Shown here: positions 1 through 11,520 of the stretch, in pieces
Layout of the letters: each line of letters opens with the position of its first letter
Position numbering within the stretch: the first letter of the stretch is position 1
Assembly (NCBI RefSeq): GCF_006345805.1
Contig: NC_042999.1
Location: forward strand, 119,908,001 to 119,972,000
Direction: 5' to 3'
DNA length: 64,000 nt
DNA from: Octopus sinensis
Taxonomy: Eukaryota
The notes under the pieces: generated by a model
The model's input: the letters and a program-made list of their open reading frames with translations, nothing else
Databases searched by the model: none
What the model was told of the DNA's origin: nothing
Translations under genes and position numbers: made by a program

Positions 1-24
1 GGGGGTCCCGGATCACACACACAT

Positions 25-40
25 ATATATATATATATAT

Positions 41-111
<71 letters not shown>
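25..111. repeat. (TA)n microsatellite
   Basis: Direct reading of the dinucleotide tract. Confidence 0.95.
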
Positions 112-117
<6 letters not shown>

Positions 118-1978
118 GAAAATGGGACAAGTACGCAAAACATCCAGATAGACGATACAAAAAAAAACAAGGACGGGTCATTCGGAGTTGTTTTCCTTAG
201 TTAAGTTCCAGATTAGCTTTGCAATTTCGGCTGTAGTCAGCTTGCCAAAAAAATCTGTAGGTAATTTATATATTAAATTAATAATTATATGTATATGTAT
301 ATAATAATATATAATAATATGAAGGGAGCATGCTTGAAAATGCCAAGGCACTCAGATACTTCTATGCAGGAGATAGAACGTTTTTCGCCCTTCTCCCTTA
401 ATATCATTACATACATATATATATATAATTATTAATTTAATGTATGTATATATATATACAGGGAAAGAGAGAGACAGAGAGATTGTTTGAAGTGCTGAAC
501 AGATCATATATATTAATATATGAGTGTGTATTGGGCGTGTGTATTATGTATATATAGAAAGGGTTAGAGAGAATGAGAGGGGGGGAGAGAGCGAGGATGG
601 AGAGAGTGTGGGGAGGGATAGAGAAAGGCTGTTTTTCCTGGAATACATCGTTCAAACTAATCAAACTGTTTTCGAACATTTCAATACTCCTGTAAATTGA
701 ATATACTCTGACTGTATATTTTCAGTGGCAAACCCCACAAAGAGATTATATGAGTTTGAAACGTATAAATATACCTTGGCTTAAAGATTTTACATAAATT
801 TCCATGTTGCGTCTCTGTACTGGTGATTAAATGTTTTATAAGTATTTTTCTGCATCAGTAAGAGAAGACAGACAGCTGCGTCCTGTGGTGGCTGAGACAT
901 GAAGTTCCGAAAACACAGTAATGTTATAATAGCCATAAAAAATCATCAGCATATGTCGATTATTTTCTTGTATGAGTATTTTATCATCATCCAGCATTTG
1001 AGAAATCTAAAGTGACGGAGTACTCATTTTGGTTAGTTTAGCAGTAGATCAAATGTAACGTATTAAATTAATTTCAATTTAATTCAGTTGCCTTCTATGT
1101 TTTGTCGTTGTATAAAAATACAAAGATATTTTCATTGTAAATGTAGTTTATACAATTATAAAACATAAAACAATTTATACGTATCTTAGTACACAGGAGG
1201 CAGAAATATTAATTTTTAAAACCCAAAAATATTACATAGTTTTTCTTTTATAACTTTGCTGTTGTATTCTAAATATTAATAGATATTACATATATTTACA
1301 TTTGCAAATAATTTTAAACTCTTTATATTCTGCACCTAAATTTAATAGCTGCTTTTATAATTGATAGGAGTTTTGAAATAATCAAATTTGTGTTGAATAT
1401 TGTAGGAGTTTCAACAACAACAAAAATCAAAAGCAATCATATATATTGTATATCATTGATGTTAAATAACAAACAAAAAAGGTATATTTTCATTAGGTAG
1501 GTACAATATGATCTGTCATATGGATATTGACAATCAAATTAACAATATCTATGCACATTAGTTGTACACATTTCAAATTTTCTAGAGGGAAATGGAAGGA
1601 AAAACATCGACAGGGAAAGAGGTAAACTCAGGCAGTAAAGAATCAAAGTGAATATAACTGCTAGTGCTTCACCTTATCAAATGAAATTAATAATCAGCAA
1701 CGATATATTTGCAATACAGTATTAGATATAGCATACATACAATAAGCGGGGTCAGTAGGAGTATGTAATGTAGTGGACTCTCTAACATGCGCCATTTATT
1801 TATGTACACCTATATTTTGAGAGCAAATCTTATCGAAACTGACGTAATTATCATGCCTTGGCCCTCAGTAGAGTAAGTACACCTCTTTGCTGCAAGCGGA
1901 TTTCGTCAAGTAATCGTACATACACACCTGTGGCTTTGTAACAATATCAAAAAAATAAAAATTAGTTGTGTAGGTATA

Positions 1979-2390
1979 CCAGGTTGAGTCAAGCTTTAAT
2001 CAATATTTAGAAAAATACAAACTAAAAGCGTTTATTCATCAAATTTTACCTTACCATATACTATTGTCTGTAGCGACCGCTGTGCAGGAAGCTCAATTCC
2101 ACCCTTTATACTACATGGCTGGTGTAGAGGCAAAACCCTCCCTGCACCTGTTCTCAGGCTCGTCTATATAATGTTGAACTTCCGTTCGTACAGTAAATGA
2201 GGCCTAGTTCGGAAAAAGTGGGAACCTGATGGTGCAAAACCAGGGCGGGAGGAAGAATGAAACAATACTTCCAGCACCTCAAGTTACTCTGTTTATGCTT
2301 GATCATATTGACAGTCTGTACGCCGTGAGAGTGCGTGTTTTCGATGGCCCGATGCGAAGTAGAGGGCTCTCAAAGCTATTATCAAAGCTG
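1979..2390 (-). mobile_element. Degenerate mariner (DD34D-type) transposase 3' remnant with probable terminal repeat
   Basis: Minus-strand translation LEVLEVLFHSSSRPGFAPSGSHFFRTRPHLLYERKF resembles the mariner WEVLPHPPYSPDLAPSDYHLFR motif. Downstream GGIELPAQR...FDE* resembles the mariner C-terminus. The end TA|CCAGGTTGAGTCAA at 1977-1992 is TIR-like. Confidence 0.65.
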
Positions 2391-2539
2391 TGAAATGAAA
2401 AATATATATTTACATGTTATAATGAAAATAAAGAATAAACAATTTAGCAACAATTGAACAAGTTGTATCAAATTAATGATATAATATAAAGACACAATTT
2501 GCCAAAAATCATGCGAAAAAATCTTTAAAAAAAACTGGT

Positions 2540-2640
2540 ATAGTCGAGGCTTCTTTCTTCCTCCAGCGCATCGCTGGTACTTATTTTATCGACATGAGAA
2601 GAAGAAAAGACAAAGTTAACATTGACGGTATTTGAAGAAA
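2540..2640 (-). mobile_element. Decayed fragment of the tRNA-headed SINE family seen at 62650-62853
   Basis: CTGGTACTTATTTTATCGAC...AAAGACAAAGTTAAC...GGTATTTGAA aligns by eye with the better copies at 29.6 kb and 62.7 kb. Confidence 0.45.
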
Positions 2641-3894
2641 TACGTTAGTCAAATATACTGTTCGTCTTTCAACATTAGATGGTAAAATCATTGAGCCGAC
2701 AATATTCTTGTTTTCTTATTATATTATTACATATTTCACCGATTCTATAGTTCTGAAAGAAAAAGTACACTGCGAAGCAATTCGAACATAAAACATAAAA
2801 CAGGAACCAATCACGCTACAAATTCAAAGCCGGGATTTAATTTGTCCGCCAGTTCACCTCGTGGTCGAAAGCCATTTGTAATCAGCAATGATCACGGCCT
2901 TTTGTTCCTCATGCTACCAATACTATCAATACAGACTCCTTATCTCAGTAATAAAGTGGCTTGCTTGGCTATTATAAACATGTTCTACACATGCATTTGT
3001 TCTATTAATGGTTGACAAGAATCTGAATGAAAGAAAATTATCCAGTTTTCTGAATTATATTCGATCAGGTTTCCAAGAAGAAGCGCAATAATGTTTATAC
3101 AAGCAACGAAATGAATGGCACATTTACAATTGGTAAAGGAAATTCGAAACGTAGAAACATTGTTTTTCAAATTGCTTAAATAATATTTGTATAGCGTTTA
3201 ATGTTAGTACCAAACGAATATAAGGTCAATTTAATCAACTTCATCCGTCCCAGAAATTTGAGGCATTGAGCTTATACACGAAATTAATGTTAGAATTTAA
3301 AGAATAATGATGTACTAGGTCATTGCTTTATTGTTATGGTCAGCAGAGAAGTTAAATGTTGTAGATTCTAGTAAGAGGATAGAGTAGAAACTGAAACTAG
3401 AACACGTATACTGAGATGTGTTATGTAGCAGCTATCTAACCATACATCTACTTTCTCGGTCTATCTACCTCTACAATATCTACTATTCTATCCAACAATC
3501 GACATATCTATCTACACACATGAATACACAAATTAAGTATAGTATATATATCCCATTCCCATTGTTAATAAATCTATCTAGGTTTTGTCTGCAGCTTGCT
3601 TCAATTCATCTTTCATGCTTTCTCGATCTTATTCTTCTTCAAAACTTTTGCTTTATGTCTTCCTTCCTTTTGGACATACACACACACGTACACACACATA
3701 AATCTTCTTTCTCTTTCCCTTTGTGTACAAACACATACAAGTACATGTGTATGCCTATGTTAACATATGCATGTATCACCCAGTAACATATAAAAAGCAC
3801 ACACATAATATACACATGTGTCTATAATAAACTATATATACATGTGTATGTCTGCATGTGCGTGTCTACATGAATGGATGTTTAACACAGTCAC

Positions 3895-3895
<1 letters not shown>

Positions 3896-3958
<63 letters not shown>
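3896..3958. repeat. (ATCT)n tetranucleotide microsatellite
   Basis: Direct reading. Confidence 0.95.
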
Positions 3959-3959
<1 letters not shown>

Positions 3960-4153
3960 ACTAACTAACTAACGATCTGTCTGTCAATCCGTTTGTTGAT
4001 CTATGTATCCATCCATTTATACACATATATATATATATGTGTGTGTGTGCGTGTGTGTGTGTCTGTGTGTGTGTGTGTGTGAATCGGCGTGTGTGTGTGT
4101 TTATACATATCTATATATATATATGCATTCAATATATTATATGATATGATATA

Positions 4154-4272
<119 letters not shown>

Positions 4273-4671
4273 ATGCTTGTAAATATGTTTGGATATAGAT
4301 AGCACTAACGTCCCGTCATGCAGACATACACGCACATACATATGCATGCAGTAGACAACTTTGTGAGCATTATGTGATGTTTTATTATATCCAACATTTC
4401 TCGGCTCAACAATTGCCTGGGGCAAACTAGCGAGCAGAAGATCTCATGCTAGCCATGCTTAGTTGTTATTCCAACAGCGCATACAAAGGAATGTCATACA
4501 CAATTACTAGTAAATTATATTCACGCTTAGAGCAAACGACAGGGAAGCAACGCTGTACGATTGGTATTTTTGTAGATAATATGAGTGAAATTCCGACAAT
4601 ACATTTAGTAATAATTCGATGTGAAATGACACTTGGGACGATGATGATGATGATGAAGACGGAGGGAAGAA

Positions 4672-4711
<40 letters not shown>

Positions 4712-4934
4712 TATTATTATTATCATTATTATTATTACTGTTGTTGTTGGTTCTCATTTTTTCTTATTATTTGCTAAACACAGAGTTTAAGATTGGCTCA
4801 GGTGTTAGCGAAAAAAAAAAGGTTGACGGTTGTCGTTGATGGCCTGGTCGCAGAAGCGCAAACGTACGCAATCCCGAGCAGGTCTAACCATGACAACCTC
4901 CTCCTTATGTGATATTCCTTTGAATAATATATAT

Positions 4935-5039
<105 letters not shown>

Positions 5040-5217
5040 GATAAGAAAGTTTGTTTGGTAAAGCACGTGGGTGAATATATAAGAAAATAGTAAAGTGTGA
5101 AAAAACGACAGAAGGCTTAAATGTTAAAAAATATATATATTTGTGTCAAAATGTCTGGAGAATATTGGAAAAATTTTTTTTCCTTTCCTTAAAATGACAT
5201 ACTTTTAAAAATTTTTT

Positions 5218-5257
5218 AAGAAATTACCGGTTTCGCGTGTAGCTTTTCAAATTTCTT
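5218..5257 (-). ncRNA. Minimal type I hammerhead ribozyme, U3-A8 core variant
   Basis: Minus strand reads AAGAAAT-TTGAAAA-GC TACAC GC-GAAA-CCGG-TA-ATTTCTT. This gives a perfect 7-bp helix I, a 2-bp helix II, palindromic ACCGGT helix III and a GUA cleavage triplet. It lies 137 nt after the PLE stop codon, on the sense strand. Confidence 0.7.
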
Positions 5258-5393
5258 GTGACGTTATGTTTATATTGCATGGAATTATCGTTGTTTTTAT
5301 TTCCAGGAGATTTCTAAATAAGGGGAGGTAGTGAGTGATTTTTTCCGGTGTAGGGGAGATAATCGCTTAAAAATTTTTTTTCCCTTTTCCTTG

Positions 5394-6788
5394 TTAATTT
5401 CTCTGTGTCAGTATGTTCGGATGGTTGAGTCTGGGTTTGTACTTTTCAATGAAGAATGTTTCCTTGTTCAGTCTCATTTTTGTTGATGATCCGAAAGCAC
5501 ATTGGTAAAATGGAAAGATTAAAAATTGTGGCAGTAGTTGCTTTGCGCATTTCTCAATGTGCTCACTAAAAGGTATCATTCTATATTCTGGGAATGCAAT
5601 CTGTTGTCGATGCAGTGTGCATCTGCGCCTGAGTGATAGTCCCGTGGAACCCACGTAGTCTTGGTGGCAGCCCGAGCATTTAATAACATAAATTATGTTT
5701 TCAGAGGCACAAGTAAAGTTAGATTTGATCTTAAATTTCTGTCCCTCTTTTGCACAGTTCGATCTACCACATTTCTTTACTTTTGCATCCGTAATTTTAG
5801 AAGATAATTTTGCCTTTGTGAGAATCTTTTTAAGTGATTTAGGCTGTTTGTAGCTTTTAATGATTTGGTGTATGTTTAGAATTTCCTTTAATTTTGGGTT
5901 TTTATGAAGTATTGGTAAATTCTGGGTGATGATGGTGAAGGCTTCTTTGTTTCTGGGGTTGTATGTAGATATGTAAGGTAGTATTTTCGGGGAAGGTGTG
6001 TTGTTGTGTTGAACTTTTCTTAAAGTTTCTATGTTGATTTCTGTTGCACGTCTGATCCCATCCTCTATAAGTTGAGCTGGGTAATGTCTGTCAATTAGGG
6101 TGTTTTTGAGTTCTTGCAGTCTAAAGTTCCTGGTATTTTGTTCTGACACTATTGTGCATATCCTTCTTGCAAGGTTGAAGGGGATGTTTGTTTTAGTGTG
6201 TCTTGGGTGGCATGAATTAAAAAGAAGATATTGTTTGGCGTCTGTGGCTTTGTAAAAAATGTCTGTTTCTATTTTAAGGTTAATTTTTTTAATTAGTATA
6301 TCCAAGAACGGGAGCTCCTTTTGGTTGTATTCCATTGTGAACTGTATATTTGGGTTTATGCTGTTCAATAGGTTTTTAAATTTTAGGAGTTTATCTATGT
6401 TTTCATTCCAGAGAATGAAACAATCGTCTAGGAATCGTTTCCAATTCTCTTTTATGTATTGAGAGAGGGAGTTTCCAAAGATTGATAGAGATTCCTGGTA
6501 AATGATTATTTCCATGTATCCCATTGTTAAGTTCGCAATGACTGGTGCTGCCCTTGTACCCATAGCAATTCCGGATTTTTGACGGTAAAATGTATTGTCA
6601 AACATGAAGTGGTTATTGTGTAGGATGAATTCAATTGATTTAGTAATGAATTCCTTACTGATCCTTTTTGGTATTTCTTCCGGAAATTGGTCTAACCAGA
6701 ATTGTATTGCCTCCAGTCCATAATTATGAGGTATACTGGTATACAAGTTGACTACATCAAATGAAACCAGGATTGTTTCTTCCTTGGT
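5394..6788 (-). CDS. PLE reverse transcriptase-GIY-YIG endonuclease, N-terminally truncated (464 open codons)
   Basis: The frame stays open 14 codons upstream of the track start (TKEETILVSFDVVNLYTSIP = RT motif A). Also present: QKSGIAMGTRAAPVIANL (motif B), RFLDDCF (motif C), LPFLDI, YKATDAKQYLLFNSCHPRH (PLE thumb), and CASENIIYVIKCSGCHQDYVGST...R...H (GIY-YIG). Confidence 0.93.
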   Translation of the reverse strand, partial: TKEETILVSFDVVNLYTSIPHNYGLEAIQFWLDQFPEEIPKRISKEFITKSIEFILHNNHFMFDNTFYRQKSGIAMGTRAAPVIANLTMGYMEIIIYQESLSIFGNSLSQYIKENWKRFLDDCFILWNENIDKLLKFKNLLNSINPNIQFTMEYNQKELPFLDILIKKINLKIETDIFYKATDAKQYLLFNSCHPRHTKTNIPFNLARRICTIVSEQNTRNFRLQELKNTLIDRHYPAQLIEDGIRRATEINIETLRKVQHNNTPSPKILPYISTYNPRNKEAFTIITQNLPILHKNPKLKEILNIHQIIKSYKQPKSLKKILTKAKLSSKITDAKVKKCGRSNCAKEGQKFKIKSNFTCASENIIYVIKCSGCHQDYVGSTGLSLRRRCTLHRQQIAFPEYRMIPFSEHIEKCAKQLLPQFLIFPFYQCAFGSSTKMRLNKETFFIEKYKPRLNHPNILTQRN

Positions 6789-6789
6789 T

Positions 6790-6797
6790 TATATATA

Positions 6798-6856
<59 letters not shown>
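6790..6856. repeat. (TA)n microsatellite at the PLE 5' truncation point
   Basis: Direct reading. Confidence 0.95.
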
Positions 6857-6860
<4 letters not shown>

Positions 6861-6900
6861 TCGAGCCTACGCTGTTCGATAGAAAGGAATACGAGAAAAT
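6857..6900 (-). repeat. Truncated, decayed copy of the HHR-bearing repeat found at 18.4 kb and 24.8 kb
   Basis: GTTTCGAGCCTACGCT is shared exactly with 18455 and 24873. The core has decayed to CTATCGA and the copy ends at GAAAC against (TA)n. Confidence 0.6.
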
Positions 6901-6968
6901 AGACAAAGAAAACAACATGTAAAGTTCAGCGGTCCAATAAAGATAATTACTAAATATATACATATATA

Positions 6969-7689
6969 CAGGAAGCGATGGTTAAATTGTGGCCATTTTT
7001 ATATTTTTAATTTCACGCATGTGTATTGTTTGTTTTCATTTCATTGACTACACAGTATAGTAGGGTCAGTTGTGCACCGTCTGTGAGAAGAACAGCACCA
7101 TGACGTAATTCACTCTGCCAGAAATTTGGAAACGACGTGCTGTACTGCTTGGCAGCTGTACCGGAAGCTGCAATACGAACATTTAGGAGTGATTGGGTGT
7201 CAATCTGAGGACAGTGCACGGATTCGGAAAGAATTGAATGAGTCTAATGGTGATTACGAACGTAAAGCAACTCGGAAAATTCACTCTGAATTAACAATGA
7301 TCCCTTTAAGTCATTTTGGTATATCGCCAGGTACATGAGAGTGTCTGAGCTTCTTATCAGACATTTGGTATTCCTCATAGAAGATGTGAAAGGGCCAATG
7401 TTTATCCCCAAGCCGTCAAGGAAAAGAGGAAAGGCTGCACTTCAAGGCCTTTGAACAAACTCAATCTTCCCCTCCAAACGAACATGCTTTGTTATTTACA
7501 GAAGAGAAAATGTTCTGCCAGGATCAGGTGGTGAACACACACAACATCCGTTGGTTTGGAATGTTCCCAAAATATGTACCAAGGGTGATAAAAATCAAAC
7601 ATCTAGTCAACATTATGACGTTTGGATTATTCACTAGTGATGATGATTTTATGCCTCCATCCATCTTCCCACACGGCCTCCGACTAACA
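6969..7689 (+). mobile_element. maT/mori-like (DD37D group) Tc1/mariner relic, 5' half
   Basis: TA|CAGG TIR-like start and a decayed N-terminus from ATG 7100 (PEIWKR..VLLG, GVNLRTV, ESNGDYE). FTEEKMFCQDQVVNTHNIRW...VPRVIKIKH..NIMTFG..TSD..MPPSIFPHGLRL matches first-Asp region motifs. It is cut by (TA)n at 7690. Subgroup assignment is inferred because the distal catalytic residues are absent. Confidence 0.75.
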
Positions 7690-7699
7690 TGCATATATA

Positions 7700-7744
<45 letters not shown>

Positions 7745-9562
7745 AGTACAATAGAAGGCCTCCAATAAAGAAGCAAGTGCTAGATACACGAAGAGGGGAT
7801 AAATTCATGAAATGGAAAGAAAATCAAAAACGTTTATCATCTAGACTAATTCGTCTTTTGTGCTTGGTCACTGGTAATAATAATTTATTTTATCACCCTT
7901 TTTACTATGTTATATATATATATATATATATATATACAAATATATGTTTGTGTGATTAATTGTAGACAACAGACCAACGAGGATGATAGCGGCGTTCTGT
8001 ACCAAAATGTTGCATAGTGACTAACTTCAGTATCCCTAATCTGTGAAATATATCAGCACTGCCATTATTAAATAACCCGAAGAAAAACTCCGTGACGATG
8101 TCTGTACAGAGTTACTCATGCTAAAACTATCAGCAAAATCCTTCTCGAATAATACCCTGCTGTATTGTAAAAGTAACATATACAATGGACTAGTGCAATC
8201 TGCAAGAAAAAGACTAGGAAGAGAATATGGCCTTTGATTGAAAGTCTTAGTTTATATCTACATTATTTGGATTTATGAACGTTGACAACAATATTAACTT
8301 GGAGTAAGTTTCACTTCTAAGAATCACGTTTTAGCACGATATGTATATATTACATTTATTAAAACCGTGTAACACAACAGTAAACGGTATTATTTATATT
8401 GGTTCGAATTCAAAAGTAGTATTAACAGTACCGTTTTGAAAATATACCGCAGTGTATTCACCATGCTTAGCTAGATCTAAGCCTCATACAATGTCTCTAG
8501 TATGCACTGCATATATTAAAATCGTAGAACAATCAAGACAGACATGGACCTTTTTTATAACTATTTTAACGCCAACTCATGTTTACTTAAATTACATATC
8601 TGATTCGCGTAGCATTTCCATGCAGGATATGATTGTTTCAGTTTTTAGCAACTGGGTCTTTATTTAGAAATCGTTGCTACCTCTTAGCTTACATACTTAT
8701 TCTTTAATGGTGTAATCTACGTTTCTTGGTTTGATTAATGTAATGAAAACTTTAAGCTGATTACTTTAAGATGATCTCTGCGGCTGGTGTCTGTCATAAA
8801 TCAAAGTCTGGTGGGTTTTGGCTCTTGCGCATCTAGAAAATGTTTCTGCTACTGTTAACTCCAAATCAGCCCTATGATCTATGATCGAAGACGTCCTATC
8901 ACCATCTCGTCTTTTATTAGTTAGTGTGATAAATGTGCTCATTATATAATGAATCCTTTAGACTATGTATATAGAAGTAAATATGAGTACATTTTCTGTG
9001 TAAACTTTAGAGAGCACAATTAAGACCACATTATCCAATGTGTCCAACGTTTCATCTGGAAACGTATAATTTGAGGGTAGTTTGGCTGCTACTTCCAGCG
9101 GATACAATGACGGTTGTAAAATCTTATTCGTTAACGTGTTTATATTGTTTCGCATGAAGGTGATATTGCACAAGTTACATAGAATACCGGTGCATTTTTT
9201 GTACCTTTCTCATTTGCATAAACCCCTTTTACGTTTAATTACTATTATTTTTCTATTAACAGCCACACGTCATCCACACGTCAGTCAAACCTGCCATAAT
9301 AGAACACGTAACAATTATCTCTTCTCCATATGCGTTTATATATAACCGTGTACAGGTATTTCGGTCTATCTTAATCCCTGACAACACAACTATACCTATT
9401 TCAGAGACGTAACTATTTGCGTTATTCACTTTACCGTCCTTGTTTTGTAATGAGTATTTCCGTGCAATATTCAGATACGTATTGCTTTTGCGAGACAGAC
9501 ATTCTTCTGGTGTTGTTACTGCTGTAGCTGGCATAATTATTAATGGTATTGTATAATATATA

Positions 9563-9871
9563 GTGAAGGCAGTGGCTTAGTGGTTAAAGTATTCGGCCCA
9601 CGATCGTTGGTTACATTCCCGGCGACGCGTTCTATGATTGTGCAAGACATTTTATTTCTCATTGATAAAGTCTGATCATCTAGCAAAAATGAATTGTACT
9701 TGTATTTCAGAGGACCAGCCTTGTAACACTCTGTGTCATGCTGAGTCTCCCTGAGAACTACGTTAAGGGTACATGTCTTTGTGAAGTGTTCAGTTATATG
9801 CACGTTAAATTCACGAGCAGGCTTACCCTTGATCGGATCAACTGGAACGTACGTCGTCGTAATCGATGGAT
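9563..9871 (+). mobile_element. tRNA-headed SINE with an 11-bp target-site duplication
   Basis: A-box-like TGGCTTAGTGG head and decayed B box. It is flanked by TATAATATATA at 9552-9562 and 9872-9882. Confidence 0.8.
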
Positions 9872-10409
9872 TATAATATATAATGACTGGTATAATTTTT
9901 ACGTAAATTATATTTTTGTAGTTTAGTCACAGGTCAGGTCTAATGAATTAATTGGGCATACATTATTTTTTTATCAGAATTAGTACTTGGTTTACATAAG
10001 TGACTGCTTATTCTGGCAGTTAGACGCACCTTTCTTTCCTTTTTGATGATACTGCCATTATAATGACGCTTTGATGATACTGCCTTTGAAACTGGTATTT
10101 ATTTGTAATATTTTATTGCCTTCACCAAGCTTAAAGGACTGTTACTATTATATCATCATGATGTAGAATACATCGGAAATCGAGGTAGTAAATACCTTAC
10201 TAAAGAAATATTAAGTGATAACTAGTGGGCCAATATGGTTTCACCTGAAAAGGTAGGTCTATACTGGGTAGTGGTATGTGTTTTGCTGACTCAATGAGCC
10301 AATGAAATGCTTGCTTGTTCTGGATCTCAAGATGTACACAAACACACTTATAATCATTAAAATTTCTTTAAATCCAAAATTATTCATTCAAATTATTTAT
10401 TAATTGTTA

Positions 10410-11520
10410 CAATGTGAATATGTAATATTTAGTAGACATGACCTTTGCATTTTTCAATGCAAGGACCGTATTAAGCATGTTACTGATCAGATGAATATTC
10501 TCTTGCGGAATTCTTGCGAAGTTTCATGCAGTAATCTCAAAAGGTCTGGCTCTGATTTTATGATGTTCTCTGTCCATTATGTCCCAGAGGTATTCAATAG
10601 AGTTCATATCTAGTGACTGGCTTGGCCATGGAAACTTATAATGCCATTTTCATCCAATGAATCTTGGGTCATTTTAGCTGTGTGACAAGGAGCTCCATCT
10701 TCCATAAATAAAGAGTCTTCTATAATCATTTCACCAGCAGAGAAGATTGGAAGAATTTCTTACTGCAATATGGACACATATTTATCTGAGTTTATGTTGT
10801 CCTCACACTCCACCATTTCTGATCAACAGTTGCTCCAAATTGCTCCTCAGACCATCACAAAAGAGCTGGCGGGTTTCATTGTTCGATGTAATCTTTTCAC
10901 ATCAAATTCTTTATCACAGAGTCTCCAGACCCACACTCGACGATTGTCAGGAGATACATCCTATCTGGACTCATCAGAGTATATGACAGGGCCCCGAAAT
11001 TTTTGTGGCTACTCCACCTTCTCACTGTCTCAATCTTCTCCGTTTGATTTTGGCTGGTCGAAGAAGTGGTTTTCTTCTTGCTGCTCTGCCACAGTAATCA
11101 AATTTGTGGAGATACCTGACAGCTGTTCTGGGACTGGTATCAACTCGTTCTGCTATGTCAGAGGCCTTGCATCGAAGATTATCCATCACACTTCTCTTAA
11201 CAAAGAGAAGAGTCCTGTCAGAGGGCCCTGGTTGATCCGGGTGAGGTAATGTGAACTCCTCCCCATCTCTGACGAATTGCACAATCACTCGGTTAAGTAT
11301 AGAAAGTGGGATCCCAAGGTTTGACTGCAATGTTACGCTATGTCCACCTTCAGAATTACCCACGATACGGCCTCTTTGAAATTCAGACAGCTCCAAGGCT
11401 TCTTTTGAACATGGCATGATTAAACCTGAAATATAAAAATGTCAGTTAATAAAAATATAAACCTTTACAAGATAGAATAAACACAAAACGATGTTTTATG
11501 GAGTGTCTATTTACTTCTGC
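10410..11520 (-). mobile_element. Tc1-type (DD34E group) transposase pseudogene, near full length
   Basis: N-terminal ELSEFQRGRIVG...GRAARRKPLL (ORF 11022-11417); VIYSDES (~10963-10986); EDGAPCHTA; PWPSQSLDMNSIEYLWD (10581-10631). Stops and frameshifts throughout. Confidence 0.88.

Larger units (their letters stand above)
5041..6788 (-). mobile_element. 5'-truncated Penelope-like retroelement (RT + Zn-linker + GIY-YIG; Neptune/Naiad-like architecture) between (TA)n tracts
   Basis: PLE ORF plus a 3' UTR carrying a hammerhead motif. It abuts (TA)n at 6790-6856 and a (CA)/(TA) tract at 4930-5039. The 3' boundary is approximate. Confidence 0.9.

Noticed and set aside
2165-2330. TATA box + ATG 2257 signal-peptide-like exon (MKQYFQHLKLLCLCLIILTVCTP) with a GTGAGA donor
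   Set aside because: The same bases are better explained as the antisense of a mariner transposase remnant on the minus strand.
5041-6788. Selenoprotein-type PLE (UGA recoding/SECIS, described for some Naiad elements)
   Set aside because: No in-frame TGA in the ORF and no SECIS-like ATGA..AA..GA stem visible in the 3' UTR.
10770-11249. 159-aa plus-strand ORF
   Set aside because: Antisense shadow of the Tc1 transposase relic.
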